From Yuukianura sp. NJ FZ-2021 (taxonomy: Eukaryota): 64,000 bases of DNA. The DNA is taken from contig CM102285.1 of the NCBI GenBank assembly GCA_046563655.1, positions 10,106,001-10,170,000 on the forward strand, written 5' to 3'. This document shows positions 32,901-45,916 of this stretch, in pieces; within the stretch, counting starts at the first letter, position 1; each line of letters opens with the position of its first letter. The translations under genes were made by a program, and so were the position numbers. The notes beneath the pieces are model-generated. The model made no database searches and was not told where the DNA came from. It worked only from the letters and a program-made list of their open reading frames with translations.

Positions 32901-35900
32901 TTTTGCAAGACAATCGGGAAGGCGGTCCAAATTCCTCCTTCATTACCAAACTTAAATCGAACTTGCACAATCGAATGCTTCTCGAGGTTAGTTTTTAGTA
33001 TTAGCATGATTCAGTTTACAATGTGTTCTGTTTTGCTTTGTTCGAGCATGTTCAACTTCTTAATTTTGAAAATGTCTTTGAAATGACATGATATTTTTGA
33101 AATTAATGCTTTTGCTTTTCAGTAAAAATCACACAAATTCTGGAAAAGTTTTGAAAAATGTTTGAATAGATTGATGGTTTTGTTTGATTTTTGACTTTCA
33201 GAGAAATCGTCAACTGTTCAAGGACTTCGAATTTCGAAAGTTCGACTTCATTGTATCCTGCAGCTTCCCGGTCTTCGACATCCGGAATCACACAAACTCT
33301 AGCTCCAGTTCAAAAGTAAGTCTCTACTAAAAAAAAAAGTTTAGAAAAAATTGATCCATTATTTTCAAATTTTGAAAAACAAGAAGAGGATTCCCAATTT
33401 TTTGGGCGTGGTCGGTACGGACATTTCGATTGAAGAAATAAAAAACTTGGCCTCTCCGTTTGAACTTGGTGTGAATGCATACGCCTTTGCAATAACCAAC
33501 AATGGCCATGTTATATTCCATCCTGACTTTCGACCTCTGGTAAAATTTTGAAACATCAAAATTTTGAAAATTGAAATTGAGCATGTAAAATATCTAAAAT
33601 TTGGTCCAGTATGAAAACATTTTGAAACCATCGTACAACACTGTGGACTTAACTGATGTGGAGCTAGTAGACAGCGACGCGACAAAACGGAATAACGACG
33701 AAGATTTGCTCCAGGTAAGGAAAAGTTCATATTCTAAACTTTCCTTTCTTTTTTTTCTAGAAGCTTGGAATAATTTGGTTTTCAAAAATAAATTGAAATT
33801 TGAAATTTGAATTTTAGATGAGGAAGGAGATGATTGACAAAAATGATCCGAATCCAAGTGAACCAAAACTTTTCAGCATCAGAGTTCACCATGACGGTTT
33901 CGTAAGTTCAAAACTTTCTCTGCTTTCTCCATTTTTTTAAAAGTCATCTTTTCAAATGTTTGAATTACTTTTCAGAAACGTGTTAGCATTAGGAATCATG
34001 TCTACGTCTTCGGGAAAATTCCTAGCACGGTATACACGCTGGCCATTCAAGTCCCACAGAACTCCACGACCTACCAAGGCGAAACAGAAGTATCGAGGCA
34101 CTGGAAAGACAAAGCAGTCAACATTGTTCGGTCCTACTTTGACTCCAACATTAGCTTTACCGATGAAGACGGAACTATTAAAATGCTTGACCGAAACTGG
34201 AGAATTCATCCTGACTGGTCATATTGTCACTACCTGTCTCCTGTCAAACCAACGTTTCCACAAACAAAGGAGGATACATTGGTACACTTCATTAAGCGAA
34301 TCCAAAGCGCATCGAGTACTAACAAAACTTGGCAATGGGGTACACCCACCATGGGCTACATTGAGAAAGAAGGAGACCAATATGTTTGTAAGTCCAACGT
34401 GCGCTGAATTTTTCAACTGAGACTCTGAATTTGATCTGAAATTGTAGGCAATAAGAAGCTGGTCCAATCAGTTGTTTTCGATGCCATGATTACAAAACCT
34501 TTCAGCGATACATCTGAAATTTTGCAAGAACCAAAGTTAAGATCGTAAGTACAAAAGTGATTCGCCAATGATAATCTGCAAGAAATCGGTAACCTGCGCG
34601 ATAAAACGAATATTTTTTCTTCCAGCGTCGTTGCTAGTTTTGGAGCTGAACTTCTTAGCGAAGGCGTCCTAACAACAATTATGGCTACGAGAAGCGGTTT
34701 GACGCGTTGGGTGAATCATCCAATGAACAGAGCGAAGCCAGACGACCTGTAAATTGTCAACAACGGAATTAGTCAAATAACTTAAAAAATGAAAGAATTT
34801 CGAATTTCAGAAATTTTTTGAAAATTTAGACCATTTACCGAGTATCATCCACGTACTGTTGAGGAGAGTTGGTATCAGCGCTCTGTAGACCGGACAGCGA
34901 TAGAAGAGGACTCTTATGTCGTTTCTGTACCGTTTGACGCTGGAACGCGAAATTATTCCAGAGTAACCGTTACACGAGCTATGTTGGCTTCCAGGGAAGG
35001 ACGGAAAGCCCCAGTAGCTGTCGCTGGAGTTCAGTACGACTTGGACAAATTCTTAAGCTTCTTTGGAGTTGGATCTGAGGTGAGTCGTAGACAGGTCAAA
35101 TTCTAATACAGCACAAGAAATGTCAAGGTCACTTGTAAACTTTTAGGCTCGTCTAGACGAAAGGAATATTTGCCAAAATGAGGATTTCCAGTGCTTCATT
35201 TTGGACGAAAATGCATTTGTGATTGGGTCAAGTCAAATTGGAGATGATGCTGGTTAGTTAATGTTTAAACTCAACTAATGGTAAAATTGCATTCAATAAC
35301 TCCCGAATTACTCTCCTAGGCCAATTCTTCGGAGAGATCGACCGACATGCAATGGAATCCCTGATTGAGTCCAATATTTACAAGGAAGTTAGGGTCGTTG
35401 ACTTCCAGGGAACTTGCTTTCAAGATATTATTAAAACCAGTCCTGCCAATGTCCTTCTAACGGTAAAAAAGAGTTGCAGCGATGAAAATTTTCAAGTAAT
35501 CCGAATTCATGTAATTCTTGCCAATTTTCTCCCAAATTTTTCCTAGCCGTTCCGTAAAATTTCGCTTGCTTTCAATTGGTTCTTGACTTGGTTAACCTCC
35601 TTCCTTCTTCGGCTCAACTTTCCTACAATCGTTAACTTTCCTTTGGTTCTAATGGATTCGTCAGACTGTAAGACAGTAACAACAAGAATACGTACATGAG
35701 GTACAAATTTTTAGCTAGTTGAATAACTTTGTGCTCAATTACCAGTAGATGACGACGATGATGATACTGCTGGTGATAGAAACATGCCTTTCGTCGCACA
35801 CGCTTCCGTCAACAAAACTAAACTGCGGCCATGTGACTTCGAGTACAAACTGTTTACGTATGGATCTGCGTATAACGCTGGAAGACGGACGCTGGACCGT

Positions 35901-36462
35901 CGCCCGCGGGTGCTTTGTGGAGAGAGCTGTCAGGAGTAAGGAACATTGCACTAAAAATCAAAATTAATCAAATTTTGTTAACTCATTTTCAAATTTTTCT
36001 AAAATTCTATTCCAGTTACCTCAATGTCCAGCGTATTCCTCATACAAATTTAGTCATTGTGATTGTGGAAGCCAAATGTCGTTGTGGTGCACGCGGAGGT
36101 TACAAAAATCGACGAACAATTAAGGGCGAAGAAGTTCAGTATCCATTGTACCGGAAATTTGAGAACCGAACCGAGTCGAATCCAGTGCTATTAGAACTTT
36201 GTAAAATACCACAGCGGCCATTATACCGAAAACGTATTAAGCCGTGCTACAGCTATGCTAAAGCTGTAATTATACAAAACATTTTAACATAACATTACAT
36301 TTTCTAACTTTCGTAACTAAAATGTATCTCTAATGTTGCTTTTTGCAGGAACTGGATTTGAAAGAGGACTGTGGCCGAGCAATGTCACTCCAACTGTCAT
36401 GGCTTCTCGTTTTGGCGACAACCGTCACAAGTTTCCGCGCTGCAACTTCAGCCTCAGCTTAA
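29952..36462 (+). CDS. Voltage-gated calcium channel auxiliary subunit alpha2delta (CACNA2D3/4-like)
   Basis: Signal peptide MFITYGQWFLSLCLTIILLG; SSVHVPTSIY; WQYFGSSTGFLRQYP; YDCRFRPWY; VWA MIDAS LLDTSGSM and VTDG; Cache segment LGVNAYAFAITNNGHVIFHPDFRP; VDFQGTC; C-terminal EDCG plus a short hydrophobic GPI-type tail. More than 20 GT-AG exons; stop TAA 36460-36462. Confidence 0.95.
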
Positions 36463-37523
36463 GATTCAGCACACGAAGCGAATAGAGTTACTTGCTAAAT
36501 CGTTCGCCATTTTGTGCTATTAGTCAAAATTTTTAAAAAGCCTTTGAGAACTTCTCTTCAAACGTCCGGTTATTGCACCTTAAAAGCACTTTTAACAGAA
36601 GGATTTAGACGCAAAAAAGCTAACTAACCTAATAAGAAATTTATGCCTTTTAAATTTAAATTTTAAATTAGCAGAGGAGCACTGCTGAGAGCAAAGCCGT
36701 AGTGCTAAATAGCTTACAATAATGCAAACTATTAATGCTATATAAGCAACAAATGCGGCGTCAGAAGCATTTGCACCTCTATTGCAGTGTTTTACACCAA
36801 TTTGGCATTAATGCACTTTTAAACTTACTTTGTTCCTGCACATGAACGTTGGGCGTTTAAGAATGAAGTCCCTAGTGGAGAGACTTTTTAGTTGATGTCC
36901 TTTAGCACACATTTTAACGAATTGCTCAGCTTTGGAACACAAATTGAATTTTTAGAAAAACGTTTATTTTAGAAAATAAGCGTGTTGGACACAAAAGTGA
37001 GGGAAATGACGATAGCTCACTCCCTTTTTGACCAATTTTTTGAAGTTCTAGACATTTTTTCGTGTTTTAACCAAAAAACAAATACGAAACCCTGCTCCAA
37101 TAAATTTGCCTTCCTACTTTAATAAAACCTAGGCTTCTAAATTCTTAGTTTAGCTTCAGTCCCAGCCCAGTTGTGCTCCAATTTTCTAACATGAGTGATT
37201 CATGTATGAGAAAAACAATTGTTTAAAAAAACTTTCTAAATTGTTAATTCGTTACACGACTCTTAAGAAGCGTGTCGAATATTAAACTTAAATCACACTA
37301 AACACTTTCTGTAACTATACAAATTAACAAAATAATACAAGTGTGAATTTCATGGTCAATAAAGTCCTGTCAAGGAATTTGCCTGTCAAGAAATCAAATC
37401 CAGGAAGGCGACAGGCACAATTTGCCTTGTTATGAACTAATTATGAACTAACATCGTAATAAAAATGCTAACACCTATACTATTAATCGTCATGATATGA
37501 ACTTAAAATACACTTACCAGGAA

Positions 37524-38865
37524 CTATGAATCTGCTGACGTTATAAAACATATCGGCATTTCAATTGTACAATCAACCAGTTCCTCTTCTTCTCCCACAG
37601 GAATATCCTCGGACAGAATTTCGTGTTCCATGTTTAAATTGTGTCTATCATCGTCATCTTCATGTCCCAGACACTTTGATTCCTGATGTTCATCAAGCAG
37701 TAAATTGGTCGTCATTGCTTCACTGGCTTCCATTTCCTCCACATCGTGTCCCAACATTTCTTGTTCGGTTTGAATGACAACTTCTTCTGCTTCTATGATG
37801 TCACCGTTAATTGTGGCGACATGGAGGCCAGAGTCTTCGGTAATTTCATTGTCATCAATTTCTTGTAGTTGCCCGTTGGCATCGATTGTAAGATGACGCA
37901 CTTCATCTCCATCGCTGAGTTCCTAAATTCAATGAAAAATCCATTTTATTTATTATTCGCCTTAACGTTGACATTGCATAGAATTATCGAAAGCGGAAGT
38001 CTTACAAAAGTATGGTTGTCACTGTTCGGGTTGGTAAGAACTGTAATAACTGTCGAATGAGATGTATGTTCCAGTGACAAGTGTTGGCCATTTTCATCTT
38101 CGATTCGAAGCACTTCGAATTTAGGTTTAGATACTTCGTTATCGATGGTTTGAGAGAAAATGAACGGACGTGATCCAATGTTGGGTTCATCTTGCTCATT
38201 TTTAACGTCTGGGAGAATGAAAACATTTCTGTTGGCCTTTCTCACTGAAACGGAAATAAAATCATTAAATAAATTAAATAATAAATTAAATCAATTAATC
38301 TCGCGTTAGTTTCAGTGTTACCACGAGAGAAAAGTACGAAAATTGCAATTTCCAATCACCTTTCAAGATTTTCTTCCCTTCCAAAATATCAATTTGATGT
38401 TGTAGCTGGTTAATTTTCTCCTTCAATTTTTTGTTCTCGTGCTTCAGGAAGCCCTGCTTGTCTGCGTCTGAAATAATTCACATGTATCAAACAATATCTT
38501 AACAGCTAAATTATCAGTCCGACTCCGAGCTTACCTTGTTTGATGCGATGAACCGCAGCTTTATTGACTCCCAGTTCACTCGACAAAATACGAATGGATT
38601 TCATTGGATCATTCTTGATGGCATTCTGCACAAGAGCTATCTTCTCTTCCGTTCTGGCAGTTTTTGGTCTTCCAGTTCTCGACAAATCTGCAACACTTCC
38701 GGTTTCGTCAAACTTCTTATTCAATGCTGCAATTGTTTTTCTCGTAGGAGGATCAGTTCCGAATTCTTTCGTCCAGGCTAATTGGATAGTAGAAGCTTTT
38801 TCATATTTAGAATATAGACGGACGACACGTATTCTTTCCTCCAATGTTAACCTTGTCAACGGCAT
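37524..38865 (-). CDS. ~358-aa protein with Tc1/mariner-transposase-like N-terminal bipartite HTH (DUF4817-like), coiled coil and acidic C-terminus; probable domesticated transposase fragment
   Basis: Exons 38865-38535, 38467-38360, 38244-38006 and 37922-37524 join in frame (1077 nt). N-terminus LTLEERIRVVRLY...PPTRKTIAALNKKFDETGSVADLSRTGRPKTARTEEKI...PMKSIRILSSELGVNKAAVHRI is typical of mariner-like DNA-binding regions (GRPR-like linker). No DDD/DDE domain follows. Confidence 0.75.
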
Positions 38866-41467
38866 TTTATAATGAAAGGAATTCGGGACGTGACGACGTA
38901 GTATACGACAGCGAATGTGCCTTCTTCCAATTTGAATTCAGATGCGTTGAATGTTGAAAATGTAGAAAGAATGTCAAAGGCCCACCTTTACTGCAGTAGT
39001 AGTTAGATTGTAAAGTACTAAGGTATTATAAAAATACAACTTGCTCAACCATCGTCGTTCTCGTTAGCGAAAAAAATCGATTTTACCTAGAAAATTCACA
39101 AAATTTGGAAATTACAACTTTACAAAAATAGCAATCCATTTCCGATGAATATTGAATTACCTTGTGCCTCTGTCAGTGTTTCATTAAATTCATAATTAAA
39201 ATCGTGATTAGCAATGAGATTTTAAGATCAGACTAAACTAAAGAATTTAAAAGAAAACTTAACAACCAAAGAAAACAGGTGCTACCTTGTTGAAGTAAGG
39301 ATTAACGGCATTATTGTAACCGCACAGTATTACTTCGACTTCGGTCATCATTCATTCCTTCATCAGTCATTTTTCATTTGTGACTACAATAGGTGCCTGC
39401 ATCTTGATAACAACCTATTTAGCCACTTTAATCAATTAACCAAATATATTTAGCTACGAAAGTGTTGTGGCATGCCTAAAGTGGTAACATAAATTGCCGC
39501 ATAGTGTAGCCAATCATTGTGGCCGCAATGCAATGTGACTATGCCGTGTGGCTACAGTGATGATGGTTATACCTTACCACCCAGAATATTTATTTTTATT
39601 TTTTTGATTGCCGCTCTTCAGAATTGATTTTTGACTAAACTGGAATTTCGACAGTATTGAGTGAGACAGTTTGTGACAGAATTGGCAGCAATAACAAGAC
39701 AGTTGCAACAATAAGCAGACAAGTTGGTCTCTAATTGCTTTAGCCATTTAACAAACTAAAAACTAATTTGCAATTTTCGTAAGTTAGTTTTAAAATAAAA
39801 TCATAAATTAGTTTTTCAGGTTTCTATTACGATAAGCTGGCTCAACTGAATGCTCATTATGAAATTAATCAGAACACAAGAGCATTTGTTCATTCAGCAT
39901 CTTTACTGTATTAAGGTTTTTCGCTGTAGTGTAAATCGATTTGGTAACTTTTAATTTTTTTTTCATAACTGCATTTACTTCCGCAGGATGCTTCCTTTTA
40001 GAAGAAAAAGTAACTTCATCGCGAACTGCCCCAGTTTTTTTTGCAATACAACTTTTTTTTTGTTAAGTTTAAGCGAAAGTGAATAATTATTTTTACAAAC
40101 TTGGCAACTTTACTCACTGCCTGCCCACAGCCGCCATTTCCTTCTTACTTGTTTTGTTCTATGCCGTAATTTCCCCGATAAGTTTCTGTCACACTTCCAA
40201 AGTGCAAAATGATTTACTTAATAGGTCGTGAGCAACGGAAAATTAAGAGGCACGTTTACTTAATCTACTTATCAAGGCAGGAAGGAAATAAACACTGTAA
40301 AGAGCACATTAAATTTAGAGTTTTTGAATTAATGATGGATACTACCTCTAGTCAACACGCTCTCGTGTAAATATTTTAGTTTCCAAGATTTCATCAAGTT
40401 AAGAAAATGTAGGTTGAATTGAGCATAAATTTTCAAAATCAGGATGCTAAAAAGCCTTCCTGTTTTTCTTGTTAGTTGTATCTTGAAGAATTTAAAAAAT
40501 AGCATCATTTTCATTGGTTTCGATTTTTTCTTTGAAATGTCAGAATCAGAATTTTGGCTAATTGTCAAATTGTCAAAAATTGGAACTACGGTAGACCGAC
40601 TTGTCCTTGCGGCAATACGCTTATTTTTCAATTGACTAAGCATCGAAAGCGCAGTTCAATGACAACCTTAATTAATCCTTTTCTTTACCTTGGCACTTAA
40701 AATTAAGATATTAAAGATAGATTTTTACTTAAATTAGCAGAAATTCTTTAATTAGCAATGCCAAGTAAAAGTCAATGTTAGATTATTGTCTCTTTTTGCT
40801 GGCGAGAGAGCGTGATTTTTAGTCATATTGCAAAAAGATGGAGATGCAGGATTAGATCTTGAAGATTACTTTCAAAGGCGCTAGAATCGCTGATTTGTGA
40901 AAAGTTAATTTTCAACTGACATAACCTAAGCACTTATCATTTATTATGGAAGCACGGTAGCTGACTGAAGCTCGTACTTATGAGATGTGACGGAAGTAGT
41001 TGAGCGTGATGCCTTTTGTGTCGCTTTTGGCACAGGTAAGAAGCATAACCAGATGACTTTGGGGTCACTGGCTGTGCATCCAACCAACTAATGGAAGAGA
41101 ATTATTATGTAATAGGCTAAAAAAATAAGAATACGTTTTATGCAGTTGTTGTTGTTGGTTCACTTTAAATTTAATTGAGTCCGTGGGCTAAGGACTCAAA
41201 AGAGTCAGGATATGTGGCAATAATATGGAGGGGAAATAATGATGATGTGGTGAATGTACAATCCGGAAGGAAAGGGAAGATTTGGACCAGATCCCACCAA
41301 AAGGCATAAGGCCCACCACCATACATACTACATGTCCCACCCAACTTCAACCCACCAACATATCATAATCAACACCAAAGTACCTTCCCAATCATGCCTT
41401 GAAACAAAAGGCTATGAGGGGGTCCTTAGTGCCAATTTCCTTGACATAATCCCTCTAAAGTTAATCC

Positions 41468-41506
41468 TATAAATTGGTCCATGACCAACAGAAATTGTAT
41501 CACAGT
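41468..41506 (+). promoter_or_regulatory. TATA box and putative initiator of the Gly/His-rich gene
   Basis: TATAAA at 41468-41473; Inr-like TCACAGT ~30 nt downstream; ATG at 41628. Confidence 0.5.
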
Positions 41507-41627
41507 CAATTCAGCAATCATTGTCTGAGGAGCTGCTTACAGCAAAAGCAGCATCTTTTGAAACAATTTTTCAAAAAGTATTGTTCTCATCACAAAGTTC
41601 CTAAACTTGGACTTGGAAATTTTCAAA

Positions 41628-42564
41628 ATGAAGATTACTTTCAGCGTCGCCCTTGTAAGTTAACATTAATTTTTTGACTCGTCTTGAAATTGTAGGAGGA
41701 GATGTTAAATCTCTTTACAAATTGAAAACTTGTAACACTTGTAAATTAGTCAATTCTGTCGTAAAACTAAACATTTTTCATCTTTTGCAAAACTTCAACA
41801 TAACATTTTGCATCTTTTTGAATCAACAGCTCCTAGGGTCCTTCATCGGCCTTGCCGTAAGTGGGGGAATTGGTGACGGCGGAGACATTGGACACGGTGG
41901 TGGCGGTGGCTACGGTGGTGGCGGTCACGGAGATGGTGGATTCGGGGGTGGCTACGGTGGCGGGGCAATCGGAGGTGGTGGCTACGGTGGCGGCGGAGAC
42001 GGTCACGTCGAAGTCATCTTTGGAGAAAATACACACTCGGAAGTTCCAACAGTCGTCAAGGAATATCACAGCCACTCCCACATTGAGAAACCAAGTCACT
42101 CTGTCCAGCATTTCCAGACCCACCAACATCGAGCCAAGAAAATCATCCATCAACACAACCAGAAACAACAAGTCGTCCACAAGCATCATCACCACAAACA
42201 CATTCTCAACCAACACCACCTCCACAAAGTCCATCTCCACAATCTCCACACGCAAGCTGAACATTTGCACAAACATATTCTGCACAAGGAGAATGTAAGT
42301 CTCACTCCATTAAATTTTGGCCATCAACTTCAAAAATTTCTAAATTATGCTTTCTAATTTTTTCCCCTCTTACCTCAACTTTTCATTAATTTATCTTAGG
42401 TCTTTCAACCAATTTACCACGTACATGAGCAACACAAGCACCGTGAAACCGAGGAACACAGACACAAGCAAACGCACGGCCAATCTCATGCGCATGTCCA
42501 CAAGCACACTGAGTCCACTCGACACTTGCCACCAGTCCATCAAGGAGGATGGCAAGGACGTTAA
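41628..42564 (+). CDS. Secreted glycine-rich/histidine-rich protein (putative cuticular or metal-binding structural protein)
   Basis: Exons 41628-41654, 41831-42294, 42401-42564. Signal peptide MKITFSVAL|LLGSFIGLAVSG, GGGYGG repeats, then ~40 His in ~150 residues; ends HQGGWQGR*. Confidence 0.85.
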
Positions 42565-43813
42565 GTGCCCTTTGACCTCCAAAACTCAAGGGCCATTATG
42601 GAGAGTCTTCTAAAAAGCAACTATTTTTGTATACACGAACAGCATCATCTTCATCACCATTTGACACAACATTATAATGCATCTCATAATACTTCTCCCT
42701 CTAAAAACACAAAAGCAATGAGCTTTTTTGTATTTTAGGAATCTCTTGATCTTTAACATCTTGAAAACTTTTTTTGAATCTCACATATCCCAAATCTAGT
42801 CTCTTAAGTTTGGTATATTCCCTTCTAAAATTGATTGTCTGATTTGTATTGTTGTTTAGTTTTCTTGTTTAGGATTGTGACCTTATTGTTGACCCTTGAC
42901 CTTACAGGGTCACCAGTAAGCAAAGCTTGGGGTGTGACATGGGAAAAACAATGGAGACATTTTCAGAACGGATCATCATCACTCACTTCATCTTCCTCCA
43001 TTTTATTTTTTATATTTCCCTTCATACTCACTGCTCTCATTGAAATTTATTTTTTAAGAACGAATTTTGTAAATTCTAAGTCAAGAAACGATTCCAGTAA
43101 AATTGACAATTTGTTTTCACTGATTTTTGGCTTTACGTTCATTTTTCACATCTTCAATCTGAAAGTGACATCGTGAATCATGATGATGCTGCAATTTTGT
43201 TTCTAAAATTTATTCAATTTACAAAAAAAATGTTGGAAATGCTTGACCAAACTAAGTTTTTCTACCATGATAGATCACTTGCGTAACTCACTTAACGCTA
43301 TGCTAAATCTCATCATTTCAAACTCATGACTAGAAGGATGACGTGATGCGTCCTTGAGACTGCTATTTTGTTTCACCATTTAAACTAATGATAAGTGCAA
43401 AGATGCTTGGAATAACTAAAACTGCCCGATTTAAGAATCGATTTCGCATATGGTTTACAGCAATGCTCTCCAGATGACCTGCAAAGGCGTACCGGTTGTG
43501 TCTGACTCGGGAAATCGATTTTTCTGCAGCAAAAGTAGGATTTTTACCTGATTTGAGACTAGTATCTGCATTCTCGAGTAGTCTTTTTCGTAACTCTAGA
43601 GATTGAAGTAGCATAACACTCCATGTCAAAAGTTTATACCTAGATACTGCATCAGTCTATTATTCACGAGTCCAGAAGCTAACAGAGAGCAAAAAAGCAA
43701 ATTAGTTTGGTCACAGGAGAAAAATTTTTCGCAAGCAGTCGACCTCTGGAAGTCCAACTATTCGCAACTACATAGTATTCGGAAATTTTAAATTTCTACA
43801 GAGAAGAGACAAA

Positions 43814-45163
43814 ATGAATTCGAAGCACTTGGCATCAGGTATTTAACCTTTCAATTTACTGTTTTAGACAAAATATTTTTCAAACTATACTAAAGTATTG
43901 CCGAAAATTCCAGATTCGGAATTTCCAGCACTTCAAGAGGGGAAGCTCAGATTTTATAGCATGAGATTTTGTCCCTATGCTCAGCGAGGAGTACTTGCAA
44001 TTGCAGCCAAGGGAATACCGTAAGGATAAAGTTTTGAAGCATTTCAAATTACCAAATTTGACGTAAAAGCTTCAAATTTTGGCCATTTTGTGTTGAAACA
44101 CACAACAGTTTACAACTTTTGACCATAAAGTGATGTCAATGGAAAAAAATCTGAAGGGTTTCGGTGATTAGTTGTTCCAAAGCGATTTGAAAGTGTTATG
44201 GCCTAACTCGAAGCGTTTGGAAATTTAAGATTAGAATTCATTTTGTGATTGCCAACAACCGCATGACACTGTACATGATGATGTCATCTGTTTATTTTCC
44301 AGAACTGACATTGTCAATATCAACTTGTCGGATAAACCAAAGTGGCTTTTTGAACGTAACCCTACTGGAAAAGTTCCGACAATCGAAACTGCTCAAGGGC
44401 CCCTCTATGAATCTCTCGTCATCCTAGAATACCTGGATGAAGTCTATCCTGGTAGGAAGCTGATCTCAACCGATCCATTCCGAAAAGCCTTGGACAAAAT
44501 CTGGGTCGAGAGAGCAACGGTACATGACTGCTATTTCATATAAATTAAAAAGTTATTGTGATTAATATGGATTTTGAATTAATTTTGAATGTTTTAAAAT
44601 GCAGGTCCTCATCACCCTATTTTACAAAATTCTGTCAGGAAGAGATGACGCTGAAGGAACTGCAAACCGATTCAAAGAATTTGAGCAGGGATTGGCTCCC
44701 TTAGAAGCAGAATTGAAGAGTCGCGGAACTCCGTACTTCGGAGGTAAGCCATTTGTTGCACATTTCGTTATGTTTAAAATTTTTGTTACATATTTATTTA
44801 TTTTAGTAAGTATTTCAGTTTTAATTTTTTTCTAATTTCAATTCTAAAGGAACTGAGCCCGGCTTCCTGGATTACTCTATTTGGCCTTGGTTTGAACGTC
44901 TCCCAGTTTTCAAAATTATGTTTCCAAATCAGGATTTTGACAACGCTAAGGCTCAACATCCACTTATAGTAAATTAACATCTCAAATACAGTAGGAAATA
45001 TATTTAAATATAAATGAATTTATGAATTTTGTTACAGGAGAAATGGCGACAGGCAATGAAAGAAGACAGCGCAGTGCAAGCATCCTACGTTTCACCTCAA
45101 ATCCACCATGATTTTATAATTAGCTATCTCACTGGCAAGGCAAATTATGAAATTCTCCATTAA
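43814..45163 (+). CDS. GstO: Glutathione S-transferase, omega class
   Basis: MNSKHLAS...KLRFYSMRFCPYAQR (omega active-site Cys), KPKWLFERNPTGKVP, LYESLVILEYLDEVYP, PGFLDYSIWPWFER. Six exons; stop TAA 45161-45163. Confidence 0.95.
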
Positions 45164-45916
45164 TACCGCAACTTATGAGATTAATCAAGTTACCTAAACA
45201 AAATGAAACTTAAGACAATATGAGAAAGACATCCTTGAGTAAACGATAAGTTATGAAAAAAATATTAGAGATTACATTTCATATCATGCGTTAAAAATTT
45301 TGAGTTCTGTAGAGCGCCTTCTTCAAGTAAACTTAATCAAGCTATTGCTCATTTAAGATTGATTAATCATCTCCAGTGTTAAATTAAAACGGGAGATTTG
45401 ATGTGTACAATTTCCTGTTTCAGTCTTTAAGTCTAATGCAATAATCGAAGTGTGCTTAATAAATCATGAATTCAAGAAATCTTCCATTCTTTGACTTTTC
45501 TTTGACTTCCAGTTTTTTGAATTGTTCAATGCAAATGTAATGCTAGAAATGAAAAAATGTATTCGGAAAATTGAACTTGACCCTCAAATTTTGAATGACA
45601 ACATGCTAAGGTCAGTTTGGTTCGTGGCATAATCAGAAAGTAGAAAATGTTTATGGTTCTTCTGATTAATCCGAGTAAGTCCTTAATCTTCTACCTAATT
45701 AGCCAACGTAATGCTGAACCGAATCGGCAAGATCCAAAGTGAATCTGCGACAGCATCATGAAAGATAGATTAAAAGATTCACCCTGATCTTGCGCGTCAA
45801 TGTCATAAAGTTTTATAGAAGCGGAATTATGCAAAAATCGTTTGATAAAATCAAAAATCACCAAAGTCCTTAACCATGAATTTCGTCAAGGGCTAAGTAC
45901 AGTTTAACCAGTTTGG

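Noticed and set aside
38506..38865. Active mariner/Tc1 transposon
   Set aside because: No catalytic DDD/E domain and no terminal inverted repeats seen; the ORF splices into host-like exons.
41833..42298. Overlapping Thr/Ser-rich and Val-rich ORFs over the Gly/His gene
   Set aside because: Frame shadows of low-complexity GGN/CAY codons; no independent start or splice support.
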